Notes: generated by a model not told the origin, from the letters alone. 64,000 bases of DNA from Acidimicrobiales bacterium (GCA_029263215.1 JAJCXY010000056.1:73678-137677); one strand, 5' to 3'. Positions 7,160 through 18,966 are shown, counted from the stretch's first letter. A program made the numbers and translations.

Positions 7160-9745
7160 TCAGCTCCGACTGTTCTGTTGGCCGTCGTCGTTCTTGGGTC
7201 CGCGTCCCTTGCGGAGGCCAGCGCGATAGCGACTGAGCATCTCGCGTACCTCTTCAGGCGACCGGTTGGCCGGGGTCGGAGCTTGCGCCACCGGTTGGGC
7301 GGTGGCGAATTTCGAGCCGTCGGGCACATCGACGTGGCGCGGCGTGCGCCTGATGAGTCCCGCGCTCGTGACGCTGTGGTCGACTGCCCCTACCTCGGCG
7401 GCCGGTCGCGGGGCGACAGGAGGCGAAGTGACCGCGGTGGGAATCGGCTCGGCCATGTCCGGAGGAGCCGGAGAGGATGGCTGGTCCCAGGGTCCGGGCG
7501 CGGCCGGAACGGACTCGGGTACTGGTTTGGTCCTGCTCGGAAGCGGTGCTGCGGTCTTGTCGAGCGGGGCGAAGATATCGGCGCCAGGACTGGTGGGCGG
7601 CGCGGGGGTGGGATCGATCGGTTTGAAGACGTCGAAGAGATCTGCGGTGACAGGCTCAGGCTCGACCGGCGTGGGGCGTCGCATCGGCAGGGCCGCGAGC
7701 TCATCGCTACTCGCGATCTCGACCTTCGGTTCCGGCTTGACCGGTGCGTCGGGAACGAGGGCGATCGGGGTCGGGGCGGCCAGGGGGGCCGGTTCAGCGA
7801 CCGGCGCAGATGGTTCGGCGATCGGGACAGCTCTGTCGGTGTCGTCGGCGGTGCCCACCATCTCAGCGGGAACCGTGACCAGAGCGGTCACGCCGCCGTC
7901 TGAGGCACTGGTGAGGCGTACCGTCACTCCGAGTCGGTCGGCGAGTCGGGAGACGACGGTGAAGCCGAGCGAGCGGCTCAGGTCGAGGCCGATCACAGGC
8001 GGCTCCGCGAGCGTGTCGTTGGCCCCGCTGATCTGCTCCGCACTCATGCCGATGCCCTTGTCGGTGAGGGTCAGCTGATAGCTGCCATCGGCACTGCGAT
8101 GTCCCACCACCTCGACGTCGAACTCCGGGGGCGAGAACTGGGTTGCGTTCTCCATGAGCTCCGACATCAGGTGGGCGAGGTCGACTGCCACCGAACCTGC
8201 CACAGTGGCCGAGTCGACCGACAGGAGCTGGATGCGGCTGAAGTCCTCGATTTCACCCATGGCAACCCGCACCACATCGGCGAGCTCCACCGGCTTGCCC
8301 CGACGACGGCTGGGCTCGGCGCCGGCCAGAACGAGGAGCGACTCGGCATTTCGCCTCATCCGGGTGGCGAGGTGATCGAGCCGGAACAGGTTTTCGAGCT
8401 GGTCGGGGCTCTCCTCGCGTGACTCGAGCTGGTCTATGAAGTCGATCTGGCGATCGAGCAGGCTCTGGTTGCGGCGGGCGAGGTTGATGAAGATGTCGGA
8501 GATACCCCGCTGCAGAAGCTCACCCTGCTCCTCGGCCACCTCCACGGTCACGCTCTGGATCTCCGAGAAGGCACGCGCGAGTTGGGCGACTTCGTCGCGG
8601 CCCTTCGCCTGGATGGGAGTCATCATCGGCGCCGGCGTTCGGCCGGCTGTTCTCATCGATTCCACCATTGCCGGGAGTTCCTCGGCCGAAAGCTGTTCGG
8701 CTCCGTGGGTCAGGTCGATCAGGGGACGACTCACGGAACGTCCGATCAGCAGGGCCATGAGCAGGGCGAACACAACCACCGAGCCGGCCAAGATCAGGAA
8801 GGATCGGGCCTCGCCTGCAGCCTGTTCGGAGGCGAACGAGGCGGTGAAGTTGGCGTCGCGGAGAACCACGTCGATCACACCGTTGATGGCGACGAGCCTC
8901 TCCTCGCTCGCCGCGATCCAGGCCACTCCACCCACAACGATGCCGTCGTAGACGGCCTCGAGGATGTCGATGGCGGGCACGAAACCGTCGGTGCGACTGA
9001 GCCCTCCGTCGGTGGCGAAACCGGGCAGGAATCCGTCGGTCTGCAGGCCGACGAGCAGTTCGACGTACTTGTCGTCGGCTGAGGCCTCGAGTGCGTTCAT
9101 GTTGGCCTCGATCAACCTCACCTCGGCATCGATCAGGGCGGGGCTGGTGACGCCCAGGCGACCATCGTCGATGGCCAGCGTGCCGATCACGGCGATATTG
9201 TTGACCGAGTCCTGGATCTCGATCAGCTGCACGAAGGTGTCGAGCGATCGGAACAGCTCGAGATCGGTGGCCTCTCTGGCCAAGGCGATGTTGATCGCGG
9301 TGAGCTGATCGGTTTGGGCCTGAAGTCGGTCGGCCACCGCTCCGGCGGGGCGGCCGATTCTTTCCTCATCCAGGTCTCTGGTGAGTTCGTCTCGGACCGA
9401 GACGAAGCTGTCGGCGAGGGCAGGATCACTGATATCGACGAGAACGTTCTCGACGGTCTGACTCCAGCGATCAAGGGCGGCATTGGAGGCGAGTTGATCA
9501 GAGCGGTATTCCGCCGTCGTGACGGTCAGGCGTCCGGCCTGGATGGTCTCGAAACGTTCGACCTGGAGAGCCACGGCGAGATCGGCGCCCGCGTCGGCTA
9601 CCTGGGCGAGGCGAGCCTCTCGCGCCTTTCCGTCGGTGAGTTCGGTGCGATCCACCACCCCGGATGCGGCGAACAACAGCACGGCCAGCAGGGGCACGGT
9701 TAGGAGCAGCAAAAGCTTGCCGCGGATCTTGATCCTCTTGAGCAT
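7160..9745 (-). CDS. cvnA: Conservon sensor histidine-kinase-like protein (nitrate/nitrite-sensing-type extracytoplasmic domain, HAMP, HATPase, long Pro-rich tail).
   Basis: Two TM helices flank a helical sensor domain of about 300 aa. The ATPase region reads LMENATQFSP...LTDKGIGMSAEQ. The C-terminal 250 aa or so are Pro/Ala-rich. Start placed at ATG 9745, with AGAGGG 9 nt upstream. Confidence 0.85.
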   Translation of the reverse strand: MLKRIKIRGKLLLLLTVPLLAVLLFAASGVVDRTELTDGKAREARLAQVADAGADLAVALQVERFETIQAGRLTVTTAEYRSDQLASNAALDRWSQTVENVLVDISDPALADSFVSVRDELTRDLDEERIGRPAGAVADRLQAQTDQLTAINIALAREATDLELFRSLDTFVQLIEIQDSVNNIAVIGTLAIDDGRLGVTSPALIDAEVRLIEANMNALEASADDKYVELLVGLQTDGFLPGFATDGGLSRTDGFVPAIDILEAVYDGIVVGGVAWIAASEERLVAINGVIDVVLRDANFTASFASEQAAGEARSFLILAGSVVVFALLMALLIGRSVSRPLIDLTHGAEQLSAEELPAMVESMRTAGRTPAPMMTPIQAKGRDEVAQLARAFSEIQSVTVEVAEEQGELLQRGISDIFINLARRNQSLLDRQIDFIDQLESREESPDQLENLFRLDHLATRMRRNAESLLVLAGAEPSRRRGKPVELADVVRVAMGEIEDFSRIQLLSVDSATVAGSVAVDLAHLMSELMENATQFSPPEFDVEVVGHRSADGSYQLTLTDKGIGMSAEQISGANDTLAEPPVIGLDLSRSLGFTVVSRLADRLGVTVRLTSASDGGVTALVTVPAEMVGTADDTDRAVPIAEPSAPVAEPAPLAAPTPIALVPDAPVKPEPKVEIASSDELAALPMRRPTPVEPEPVTADLFDVFKPIDPTPAPPTSPGADIFAPLDKTAAPLPSRTKPVPESVPAAPGPWDQPSSPAPPDMAEPIPTAVTSPPVAPRPAAEVGAVDHSVTSAGLIRRTPRHVDVPDGSKFATAQPVAQAPTPANRSPEEVREMLSRYRAGLRKGRGPKNDDGQQNSRS

Positions 9746-9824
9746 GTGACAGTGCCCTCTTGTGACATGGCGTGCACCCGGACAGGTGCCCACGAATCAG
9801 GTCGGTCACTGATCGCTCGAATTG

Positions 9825-9857
9825 AGGTCGGAGGGCCAAATGACCCAGGGCCGACCT
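9825..9857 (-). terminator. Hairpin 8 nt downstream of the gltD stop. Candidate gltBD terminator.
   Basis: AGGTCGG (9825-9831) pairs with CCGACCT (9851-9857) around a 19-nt loop. The U-tract is weak, as is common in high-GC actinobacteria. Confidence 0.3.
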
Positions 9858-9864
9858 TGGCTGA

Positions 9865-11328
9865 TCAGCGTAGAGGAGCCGATGTGGGAACGATAGGCGA
9901 GGGCAACTGGCTGTCACTCATCAACCAGCGGTCGACAGACGCGGCTGTCGACCGGCCTTCTGCTACCGCCCACACGATCAGGCTCTGGCCCCGGCCCATG
10001 TCGCCACACACGAAGACCCCGTCGACGTTGGACCGCCAGTCACCGCCCCGGGCAACATTGCCACGACCGTCGAGATCGACTCCGAACTGTTCGATGAGCG
10101 GGCTGCGTTCCGGCCCGGTGAAACCCATCGCCAGCAAGACGAGCTGGGCCGGGAAGCTCTGCTCGCTGCCTTCCACAGCATCGAAACTCATGCGGCCGTC
10201 TTCGAGCTTCTGCTCAACGCGAACCGTCTCGAGGCCGGTCACGGCGTGGCGATCGTCGCCCACGAAGCGCACCGTGTTGATTGCGTACTCACGCTCTCCT
10301 CCCTCTTCGTGAGCAGAGCTCACGCGGTAGATCATCGGCCAGGTGGGCCAAGGGTGAGCCTCAGGTCGAACATCGGGAGGCCGTTCCATGATCTCGAATT
10401 GGTGTACCGAAGCGGCTCCGTGACGAAGCGAGGTGCCCAGGCAGTCGGCCCCGGTGTCTCCACCACCTATGATGATCACGTCCTTGTCCTTGGCACTGAG
10501 GGGCGAGTCGGCCAGGTCGCCTTCCTGAACCCGGTTGGCCAGGGGGAGAAACTCCATCGCCTGGTGAACTCCCGCCAGGTCGCGTCCGGGAATCGGGAGG
10601 TCGCGGGGCTCGGTGGCTCCGCAGGCCAGCACCACGGCGTCGTACTCGCCGCTCAGCTCTGAGGCGCTGATGTCGGCGCCGATCGAAGTGTCGAGAACGA
10701 ACCGGGTGCCCTCGGCCTGCATCTGCTCGACACGACGATCGATGTGATGTTTCTCCATCTTGAACTCCGGGATCCCGTAGCGCAGCAACCCACCCACACG
10801 GTCGGCACGCTCATAGACCACCACCCGGTGGCCGGCTCGGGTCAGCTGTTGGGCTGCGGCGAGGCCGGCCGGGCCGGATCCGACCACGGCCACGGCCTTA
10901 CCCGTGGTTTCCGAGGGAACCTCTGCGACGATCCAGCCCTCGTCCCATGCTCGGTCGACGATCTCCACCTCGATCCGCTTGATGGCCACCGCCGGCTCGT
11001 GGATGCCGAGCACACAGGCCGCCTCACAGGGTGCGGGGCACAGCCTGCCGGTGAACTCCGGGAAGTTGTTGGTGGCGTGTAGTCGTTCGCTCGCGTCTCG
11101 CCATTGGTGGCGATACACCAGGTCGTTCCAGTCGGGGATCACGTTTCCGAGCGGACACCCATTCGTGCAGAACGGGATGCCACAATCCATGCAGCGGCTG
11201 GCCTGGTCGACGATCTGCTCCTCGGGGAAGGGGTTGTAGACCTCCTTCCAGTCCGTGAGCCGGACCGGCACCGGACGACGGCTGGGGAGCTCTCGGTCGT
11301 GTTTCATGAAACCACGTGGATCAGCCAT
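9865..11328 (-). CDS. gltD: Glutamate synthase (NADPH) small subunit.
   Basis: N-terminal FeS Cys motifs (CMDCGIPFC...GCPLGN). VAVVGSGPAGLAAAQQL dinucleotide fold. Lies immediately downstream of gltB. Confidence 0.95.
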   Translation of the reverse strand: MADPRGFMKHDRELPSRRPVPVRLTDWKEVYNPFPEEQIVDQASRCMDCGIPFCTNGCPLGNVIPDWNDLVYRHQWRDASERLHATNNFPEFTGRLCPAPCEAACVLGIHEPAVAIKRIEVEIVDRAWDEGWIVAEVPSETTGKAVAVVGSGPAGLAAAQQLTRAGHRVVVYERADRVGGLLRYGIPEFKMEKHHIDRRVEQMQAEGTRFVLDTSIGADISASELSGEYDAVVLACGATEPRDLPIPGRDLAGVHQAMEFLPLANRVQEGDLADSPLSAKDKDVIIIGGGDTGADCLGTSLRHGAASVHQFEIMERPPDVRPEAHPWPTWPMIYRVSSAHEEGGEREYAINTVRFVGDDRHAVTGLETVRVEQKLEDGRMSFDAVEGSEQSFPAQLVLLAMGFTGPERSPLIEQFGVDLDGRGNVARGGDWRSNVDGVFVCGDMGRGQSLIVWAVAEGRSTAASVDRWLMSDSQLPSPIVPTSAPLR

Positions 11329-11340
11329 GGTGTGCTCCTC

Positions 11341-14300
11341 TCAGGTCCGGGCCGAGGCCATCACCGCGGCAGTTTCGTCTTCGCCCGCTTCGCGGGCAGC
11401 CGCGGCTGCCTCGAGGACTCGTCGGTAGTCGATCGGCATGACCTTCACGAACTCCGCTGAGGTGGTACTCCACGCGGCGAGGATCCGCGCGGCCACCTCG
11501 CTCTGGGTCTCGTGATGGTGCTTCTCGATTCGGTCATGGAGCCAGGCCAGATCGTGTTGGTCGAGCTGTTCGAGAGCCACCATGTCGAGGTTGACCCGAG
11601 TCGGGAACTCAACGTGAGGGTCGTGCACGAAGGCCACACCGCCAGACATACCCGCGGCGAAGTTGCGGCCGGTCGGGCCGAGGATCACCGCCCGGCCACC
11701 GGTCATGTATTCACAGCCGTGGTCGCCCACTCCCTCCACCACTGCTGTAGCGCCGGAGTTGCGGACACAGAACCGCTCCCCCACCACACCCCTCAGGAAG
11801 ACATCGCCGCCGGTCGCTCCGTAGAGGATGACATTTCCCGCGATCACGTTTTGTTCGGCGATGAACTGGGCATCGCTCGGAGGCCTCACCACCAGTCGTC
11901 CGCCCGACAATCCCTTGCCGACATAGTCGTTGGCGTCGCCTTCGAGGCGAAGGGTGATGCCGCGGGGCACGAAAGCGCCGAGGCTATTGCCTGCCGACCC
12001 CGTGAGATTCACTACGATCGTGTCGTCGGGAAGCCCGGACGCTCCGTAGCGGCTGGTCACCTCGAAGCCGAGCAGGGCTCCGACGGTGCGGTTGACATTG
12101 CGGATAGGGATGTCGATGGTGACGGGGCGCCCCGTCTCGATGGCGCCTTCGGCCAATCGGATCAGGGTTTGGTCGAGGGCGAGTTCGAGTCCATGGTCCT
12201 GCTCTTTCCATTGGTGACGGCGAGATTCGCGGGCGATCTCCGGGAGATGGAGGATCGGTGAGAGATCGAGACCATCTGCCTTCCAGTGGCTTATGGCCTC
12301 GGTGGTGTCGAGCATTTCGACCTGACCGATAGCGGCATCGAGGGTACGAAAGCCGAGCTGGGCCATGAGTTCTCTGACCTCCTCTGCGATGTACTCGAAG
12401 AAGTTGACGACGAACTCCGGCTTGCCGCTGAACTTGGCTCTGAGTTCGGGGTTTTGGGTGGCGACACCCACGGGGCAGGTGTCGAGATGACACACCCTCA
12501 TCATCACGCAACCCATCACCACCAGCGGAGCGGTGGCGAAGCCGAACTCCTCAGCACCGAGAAGCGCCGCAACCATCACATCGCGACCGGTCTTCAACTG
12601 GCCATCGGTCTGCACGACGATGCGGTCTCGCAGGTCGTTGAGCAGGAGGGTCTGCTGGGTCTCCGCGAGACCGAGTTCCCAGGGCGCCCCGGCGTGCTTG
12701 ATCGATGTCTGGGGCGAGGCTCCGGTTCCACCGTCGTGACCAGAGATGAGGACGACATCGGCGTGGGCCTTCGAGACGCCGGCGGCCACAGTGCCCACGC
12801 CCATCTCCGCCACGAGCTTCACGTGGATTCGTGCCTTCGGATTGGCGTTCTTCAGATCGTGAATGAGCTGAGCCAGATCCTCGATCGAGTAGATGTCGTG
12901 ATGGGGCGGCGGCGAGATCAGAGCCACGCCGGGCGTGGAATGACGTGTCTTGGCGATCCATGGGTAGACCTTGTGCCCGGGGAGCTGGCCTCCTTCTCCC
13001 GGCTTTGCTCCCTGCGCCATCTTGATTTGGATGTCGTCGGCGTTGACCAGGTATTCGCTGGTCACGCCGAAGCGACCCGACGCGGCCTGCTTGATCGCGC
13101 TACGGCGAAGGTCGCCGTTGGCATCGGGAACGAAACGCTCGGCGTCCTCGCCGCCCTCGCCGGTGTTGGACTTCGCCCCGATCCGGTTCATGGCGATGGC
13201 GAGGGTCTCGTGAGCTTCTGTCGAGATCGAGCCGTAGCTCATGGCGCCGGTGGAGAAGCGTCGGACGATCGATGCCACCGACTCGACCTCCTCGATGGGA
13301 ATCGGCGGCCTCTGGTCGGTGCGGAAGCGGAACAGGCCGCGAAGGGTGCCGATCCGTTCGGACTGGTCGTCGACCGCGCTGGTGTACTCCTTGAAGATGT
13401 CGTAGCGACCAGCGCGGGTGCCATGTTGGAGCTTGTAGACGGTTTCGGGGTTGAAGAGGTGGTGTTCTCCCTCTCTACGCCACTGGTACTGGCCACCGAC
13501 CGCGAGGGTGCGGTGGGCCCGCTCCGCACGATTGGCGGGATGAGCGATCGCGTGGCGCTGGGCCACCTCTTCGGCCAGCACGTCGAGTCCGACGCCGCCG
13601 AGGCGGCTGACGGTGCCGGTGAAGTACTCGTCGACGAGATCTGTGGCGAGTCCGATCGCCTCGAAGATCTGAGCGCCTGTGTAGGAGGCAACCGTGGAGA
13701 TGCCCATTTTCGACATGACCTTCAGGATTCCGGAGCCTGCCGCCTCTACATAGTTGTGGTGGGCCTCGCCCGGGCGGAGATCCGGGTCGAGCCCGTGCTC
13801 ACCGTTGGCCACCATCGAATCGATGGTGGCGAAAGCCAGGTAGGGGTTGATGGCGTTTGCCCCATAGCCGAGCAGCACACAGATGTGGTGCACTTCTCGC
13901 ACGTCACCGGACTCGACAACCAACCCCACTCGGGTTCGGGTCTTGGTCCGGACCAGGTGGTGATGCACGGCTCCGGTTGCCAGAAGCGATGGTATGGGCG
14001 CGGTTTCCGCCCCGCCCCCTCGATCCGACAAGATGAGGACAGTGGCACCTTCGGCGATCGCCGTGTCTGCGGCTGCCCTCAGTTCCTCCAGTGCGCGTGC
14101 GAGTCCGTCGCCACCGTCTTTCACCACGAAGCGGGTAGGCAGCACCGAACTGTGGAAACCCTCGGGCCCCTCGTTGCCATCGAGCGCCGCGATTCGAGCG
14201 AGTTGATCATCGGTGATCACCGGATTGTCGAGATGGATCGTGCGACACGCCGACGGTGTGGAGTCGAACAGGTTGCCTTCCGGCCCCACCCTGGCGAACA

Positions 14301-15960
14301 GGGACGTGATGATCTTCTCCCTCATGGCGTCGAGAGGAGGGTTGGTGACCTGAGCGAAAAGTTGCTGGAAGTAGTCGGCGAGTTGCCGCGAGCGGGCGGA
14401 GAGCACCGCGATCGGAGTGTCGGTACCCATCGACCCGATCGCTTCCTTTGCGTCGCGGGCCATCGGCGCAAGAAGAATCTTCTTCTCCTCGTAGGTGTAG
14501 CCGAACTCCTGTTGGAGCTGGATGAGCGTGCTCTCGACCGGGGCGGCGGGTTCGGCTGCGGGCAGGTCGTCGAGCCCGACCTGGTTGGAGTCGAGCCATT
14601 CGCCATAGGGCCGTCGGGACGAGATCCTGTCCTTGAGTTCGGTGTCGCGGATGATCCGGCCTTCGCGGGTGTCGATGAGGAACATCCGGCCCGGTTGGAG
14701 GCGGCCCTTCTCGACGATCGTCCGTTGGGGCAGATCCACCACGCCCACCTCGCTCGCCATCACCACCAGGCCGTCGTCGGTGACCCAGTAGCGCGAGGGA
14801 CGCAGTCCGTTGCGGTCGAGCACTGCGCCCATGACGGTGCCGTCGGTGAAGGCAATCGATGCGGGACCATCCCAGGGCTCCATCCGCGCTGCGTTGTAGC
14901 GGTAGAAGGCCCGCCGCGTCTCGTCCATCTCCTCATGGTGTTCCCACGGCTCGGGAATCATCATCAAAATGGCCTCTTCGAGCGGGTAGCCGCCGAGGGT
15001 GAGCAGTTCGAGCGCCTCATCGAATCCGGCGGTGTCGCTGGCCCCTGGTGTGCAGATCGGGAAGGCGCGTTCCAGTGCGGGCAGGTGGGGACTCCGTAGG
15101 AGGGCCTCGCGGGCGCGCATCCAGTTGCGGTTGCCCTGGATCGTGTTGATCTCCCCGTTGTGGGCCACAAAGCGGTACGGGTGAGCAAGCGGCCAGGACG
15201 GGAAGGTGTTGGTGGAGAAACGTGAGTGCACGAGCGCCAGCGCGCTCTCCACCCGCTCGTCGAGAAGATCTGAGTAGAAGGCCGACAGCTGGGGGGTGGT
15301 GAGCATCCCCTTGTAGACGATCGTGCGGGCACTGAGCGAGGGAAAGTAGACGCCGTCGTGGGCTTTGGAGGCGCCACCCATGGCTTCGTTGACCTCGTCG
15401 GGCCCTGCCGCGACCGAAATCTCGTGTTCGATGCGCTTGCGGGCGATATATACCGGCCGGTCGAGTTCGACTCCGCTCAACCCCTCGCCGGCTACGAAGA
15501 TCTGGCGGAAGGTGGGCATGGTCATCACCGACGCCGAGCCGAGGATCGATTCGTCGATTGGCACATCGCGCCAACCCAGCACCGTCAGGCCCTCCTCCTG
15601 CAGGATCGCCTCGACTGCGTCGGCCGCTTCGAGCGCGGTTTGGGAGTTTTGAGGGAGGAATGCGATACCGACGGCGTACTCCCCCATCGGAGGAAGATCG
15701 AAGGGCACGACATCGCGAAAGAAGCGGTCGGGAATCTGGATGAGGATGCCCGCACCGTCGCCGGTATTGATGTCGGCGCCCAGAGCGCCGCGATGTTCCA
15801 TCGCACAGAGCGCCCCGATCGCCTGGGCCACGATGTCGTGACTGGGTCGGCCGTGGATGTCGCAGACGAAGTTGACCCCGCAGCTGTCGTGCTCATGACG
15901 CGGGTGGTAGAGGCCCTGAGGCGCCGGCAGGTCGTTGTTGGGGAGAGTGCCAGTGGGCAT
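11341..15960 (-). CDS. gltB: Glutamate synthase large subunit.
   Basis: 1539 aa. The amidotransferase domain has an N-terminal Cys (HDSCGV). FMN/3Fe-4S central domain and a C-terminal GXGXG beta-helix domain are present. Confidence 0.97.
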   Translation of the reverse strand: MPTGTLPNNDLPAPQGLYHPRHEHDSCGVNFVCDIHGRPSHDIVAQAIGALCAMEHRGALGADINTGDGAGILIQIPDRFFRDVVPFDLPPMGEYAVGIAFLPQNSQTALEAADAVEAILQEEGLTVLGWRDVPIDESILGSASVMTMPTFRQIFVAGEGLSGVELDRPVYIARKRIEHEISVAAGPDEVNEAMGGASKAHDGVYFPSLSARTIVYKGMLTTPQLSAFYSDLLDERVESALALVHSRFSTNTFPSWPLAHPYRFVAHNGEINTIQGNRNWMRAREALLRSPHLPALERAFPICTPGASDTAGFDEALELLTLGGYPLEEAILMMIPEPWEHHEEMDETRRAFYRYNAARMEPWDGPASIAFTDGTVMGAVLDRNGLRPSRYWVTDDGLVVMASEVGVVDLPQRTIVEKGRLQPGRMFLIDTREGRIIRDTELKDRISSRRPYGEWLDSNQVGLDDLPAAEPAAPVESTLIQLQQEFGYTYEEKKILLAPMARDAKEAIGSMGTDTPIAVLSARSRQLADYFQQLFAQVTNPPLDAMREKIITSLFARVGPEGNLFDSTPSACRTIHLDNPVITDDQLARIAALDGNEGPEGFHSSVLPTRFVVKDGGDGLARALEELRAAADTAIAEGATVLILSDRGGGAETAPIPSLLATGAVHHHLVRTKTRTRVGLVVESGDVREVHHICVLLGYGANAINPYLAFATIDSMVANGEHGLDPDLRPGEAHHNYVEAAGSGILKVMSKMGISTVASYTGAQIFEAIGLATDLVDEYFTGTVSRLGGVGLDVLAEEVAQRHAIAHPANRAERAHRTLAVGGQYQWRREGEHHLFNPETVYKLQHGTRAGRYDIFKEYTSAVDDQSERIGTLRGLFRFRTDQRPPIPIEEVESVASIVRRFSTGAMSYGSISTEAHETLAIAMNRIGAKSNTGEGGEDAERFVPDANGDLRRSAIKQAASGRFGVTSEYLVNADDIQIKMAQGAKPGEGGQLPGHKVYPWIAKTRHSTPGVALISPPPHHDIYSIEDLAQLIHDLKNANPKARIHVKLVAEMGVGTVAAGVSKAHADVVLISGHDGGTGASPQTSIKHAGAPWELGLAETQQTLLLNDLRDRIVVQTDGQLKTGRDVMVAALLGAEEFGFATAPLVVMGCVMMRVCHLDTCPVGVATQNPELRAKFSGKPEFVVNFFEYIAEEVRELMAQLGFRTLDAAIGQVEMLDTTEAISHWKADGLDLSPILHLPEIARESRRHQWKEQDHGLELALDQTLIRLAEGAIETGRPVTIDIPIRNVNRTVGALLGFEVTSRYGASGLPDDTIVVNLTGSAGNSLGAFVPRGITLRLEGDANDYVGKGLSGGRLVVRPPSDAQFIAEQNVIAGNVILYGATGGDVFLRGVVGERFCVRNSGATAVVEGVGDHGCEYMTGGRAVILGPTGRNFAAGMSGGVAFVHDPHVEFPTRVNLDMVALEQLDQHDLAWLHDRIEKHHHETQSEVAARILAAWSTTSAEFVKVMPIDYRRVLEAAAAAREAGEDETAAVMASART

Positions 15961-16112
15961 TCGTGTGTCCTCAAGTCTCCTGAACCCGGGCGGGGACGAC
16001 CGGTGTGTTCGGGAGCTGGGACGACGTTGGCCCGGCTTCCAGAGTCCTCAGATAGTAGCTATTCGGGATCGATAACGGCCAACTCGACGTGGCCGTGGGC
16101 CATCATAGGCCC

Positions 16113-17396
16113 ATGCCCGCTTCCGACCTATCAGTCGCCCGCCTGCTTTGCCACCAGTTCGACGCCTCTCCGACGCCCTATCACGCGGTCGCGACGGCCG
16201 TTTCGAGACTGGACGACGCGGGTTTCACCGAGATCGGCTCATCTGACGCGATGCCCGCGACCGGACGAAACTACTGGCGCAGTGGAGGTGCCCTGGTTGC
16301 GTGGGTCAGCGCCGACGATCACGGTCGTGATTGTGGCGTCAGGGTGATCGGTGCCCATACAGACAGCCCCAACCTGCGGATCAAACCCAACCCCGACACC
16401 TCAACACTCGGCTGGCGGCAACTCGGTGTGGAGATCTACGGCGGCGTGTTGCTCAATTCCTGGCTCGATCGGGATCTGGGGCTCGCGGGCAGGGTCGCGG
16501 TGCGGCAAACCTCGGGACCCGAAGCGGTGCTGTTTCGCGATGATCGACCTATTTTGCGGGTACCGCAGTTGGCCATCCATCTCGACACCGACATCCGCGA
16601 CAAGGGTCTGAACCTCAACAAGCAACAGCACATGGTGCCGGTCTGGGGCCTCGGAGACAACGGTCCATCATTCGGCGAGTACCTAGCGGACCAACTAGGG
16701 GTGGCGGTCGACGACATCCTGGGGTGGGATGTGATGGCTCACGACCTCACCCCTGCCACGATCGGCGGGCTCGACGATGAATTCCTGATCAGTGCACGAA
16801 TCGACAATCAACTCTCCTGCTTCCTCGCCGTGGAAGCCCTGGCTTCGGTGGCCGACGCACCGGGCCGTCGCATACCCATGGTGTGCCTGTTCGATCATGA
16901 GGAGGTCGGGAGCGTGTCGTCGACAGGTGCGGCATCGCCGCTTCTCGGCCGCGTACTCGACCGTCTGTCGGTCGCCCGCAACGTCGATACCGAAGCGAGC
17001 GCCCGGAGCCGGGCCGACAGCCTCGTGATATCCGCCGACGGAGCCCACGGCACCCACCCCAACTATGTGGAGCGCCACGAACCCCATCACCAGATAGGGC
17101 TCAACGCCGGGCCTGTGCTGAAGGTCAATACGAATCAGCGCTACGCCACCGATGCACTCTCGGGGGCCGAGTTCCGCCTCGCCTGTGAGGCGGCCGGGGT
17201 ACCGATGCAGACCTTCGTCAGCCGCACCGATCTCAGCTGCGGCTCCACCATCGGCCCGGCCACTGCGGGCCAACTCGGCATGGCGGTGGTCGACGCGGGA
17301 TGTGCCCAACTCGCCATGCACTCAGCCCGTGAAATGACCGGCGGTCACGACGCGGCCTGGTTTGGCGCCGCCCTCAAAGAGGCACTGAGGGGCTGA
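16113..17396 (+). CDS. apeB: M18 family (aspartyl) aminopeptidase.
   Basis: SPTPYHAV N-terminal signature, GAHTDSP, DHEEVGS, and the C-terminal HS..E region. ATG 16113 preferred to GTG 16089. Confidence 0.88.
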   Translation: MPASDLSVARLLCHQFDASPTPYHAVATAVSRLDDAGFTEIGSSDAMPATGRNYWRSGGALVAWVSADDHGRDCGVRVIGAHTDSPNLRIKPNPDTSTLGWRQLGVEIYGGVLLNSWLDRDLGLAGRVAVRQTSGPEAVLFRDDRPILRVPQLAIHLDTDIRDKGLNLNKQQHMVPVWGLGDNGPSFGEYLADQLGVAVDDILGWDVMAHDLTPATIGGLDDEFLISARIDNQLSCFLAVEALASVADAPGRRIPMVCLFDHEEVGSVSSTGAASPLLGRVLDRLSVARNVDTEASARSRADSLVISADGAHGTHPNYVERHEPHHQIGLNAGPVLKVNTNQRYATDALSGAEFRLACEAAGVPMQTFVSRTDLSCGSTIGPATAGQLGMAVVDAGCAQLAMHSAREMTGGHDAAWFGAALKEALRG

Positions 17397-17403
17397 TGCT
17401 CGA

Positions 17404-18966
17404 TCAGGTTCTGTCGCGAATGGCGCGCAGCGGCGCCGCGAACATCAGCACCATCGGGAAGATCTCCAGTCGCCCGATGAGCATGAACAGGGCCAGCACG
17501 AGCCTCGCCGGCTGACTGAACGCAGTCGAGAACGAGGCAGTGGGGCCTGCCTCACCGAGAGCCGGACCCATGTTGCCGAGGGATCCGACGATGGCCGCAA
17601 TCGACTCCACGAGTCCGCCGCCCAGCGCGGTGACGATCACGACACCCGTGAGCACCAACAGCAGGTACAGCAGGAAGAAACCCGCCATCCGGCTCACGAT
17701 GTCCTCGGCCACTGCGTGGCGACCGTGCTTGACGGGGATCACCGCTCGCGGGTGTTGGTCGCGCTTGATGGACCGGATGCTGTGTCCGATCAGCACCTGA
17801 ATCCTCATCACCTTGATGCCCCCCGACGTGGAGCCCGTGCAGGCACCGGTCACCATCAAGAAGAGGATCATCATTTGGGCGGCCGGCACCCAGAGCACGA
17901 AGTCGCCTGGCGACCCCGACCCGGTGGCATTGCCGAAGCCGGTGCTGGTGCCGAGCGACACGACGTTGAATACTCCGGCTCTCAACGCGGTGCCGAATCC
18001 GAAACCTCCGTCGATCCAGATGAGTCCCACCACCGCTGATGCCACGACCACGAGCATGAGTATGTAGCCCCGAAACTCGGGATCTCTCACGTAACCGTCG
18101 GGATGGCCCTGCAAGGCCCGCCAATGGTGAGCGAAGTTGGTGCCACCGATCACCATCCCGACGATGAGCACGACCTCGATGGTGATGCTGTCAAAGTGCC
18201 CGATCGAGTCTCCGTATGGAGAGAACCCTCCGGTGGAGGCGGTGGTGAGGCTGTGGGCGACGCCGTCGTAGAGCGATGCTCCGGGCAACACGGTGAGTAC
18301 GACGGCCACCGCCACCGTGAACAGGACGTAGGTGGCCCAGAGTCGCTTCGCGGTCTCGGAGACTCGTGGGGTGAGTCGATCGGAACTGGGTCCCGGCGCC
18401 TCCGCGGTCATGAGGTCGAGTCCGCCCACACCGAGGAAAGGAAGCACAGCCACCGCGAGCACCACGATGCCCATCCCGCCGTACCACTGGGTGGCCTGGC
18501 GATACATGAGGAGGCCTCGGCCGGGGCGATCGAATTCAAGGAGTGCCGTGGATCCCGTGCATGAGTAACCAGAGGCCGACTCGAAGATGGAGTTGACCAC
18601 CTGCTCGATGAACCCGACGCCATTGGTGGCGAACGTGCCCGCAAAAAGGTACGGGAGTGCCCCTATAAGGGTGACCACGACCCAGGTCCAACCCACCGCA
18701 GCGAACACATCTCGGCTGCGCGCGGCCCCCGGCTGGGTTGCCCACCAGAGCAGGCCTCCCAGGGTGAGACAGATCACCCCGGACCAGAAGAGGGCCGCGG
18801 TATCTCGGTTGGTGGATCCCCACTCCAGCGCCGCGGTGATGAACATGCCGAATGCCACGAACGACAGCGCTATGCCCATCACATGCAGCGCGGTGCTGCG
18901 AACGCCGCCCCGGCGGTGGTGGAGTTCGGTGGATCGACGGGCCTCGAGCAGGCGCATGAACTTCAT
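17404..18966 (-). CDS. trkH: TrkH-family K+ uptake membrane subunit (copy 2 in operon order).
   Basis: Polytopic protein with repeated pore-loop motifs (SGYSCTGST, TASTGGFS, LGTSTGFG, GSTSGGIK). Its ATG 18966 overlaps the stop of the upstream trkH (ATGA). Confidence 0.9.
   Translation of the reverse strand: MKFMRLLEARRSTELHHRRGGVRSTALHVMGIALSFVAFGMFITAALEWGSTNRDTAALFWSGVICLTLGGLLWWATQPGAARSRDVFAAVGWTWVVVTLIGALPYLFAGTFATNGVGFIEQVVNSIFESASGYSCTGSTALLEFDRPGRGLLMYRQATQWYGGMGIVVLAVAVLPFLGVGGLDLMTAEAPGPSSDRLTPRVSETAKRLWATYVLFTVAVAVVLTVLPGASLYDGVAHSLTTASTGGFSPYGDSIGHFDSITIEVVLIVGMVIGGTNFAHHWRALQGHPDGYVRDPEFRGYILMLVVVASAVVGLIWIDGGFGFGTALRAGVFNVVSLGTSTGFGNATGSGSPGDFVLWVPAAQMMILFLMVTGACTGSTSGGIKVMRIQVLIGHSIRSIKRDQHPRAVIPVKHGRHAVAEDIVSRMAGFFLLYLLLVLTGVVIVTALGGGLVESIAAIVGSLGNMGPALGEAGPTASFSTAFSQPARLVLALFMLIGRLEIFPMVLMFAAPLRAIRDRT

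Noticed and set aside
15961-16112. A GlnR-type nitrogen-regulator box in the gltB / aminopeptidase divergent region. It has an AT-richer core GATAGTAGCTATTC with an ATAG-N3-CTAT mini-palindrome.
   Set aside because: I found no convincing gTnAc-N6-GaAAc pair. The palindrome arms are only 4 bp.
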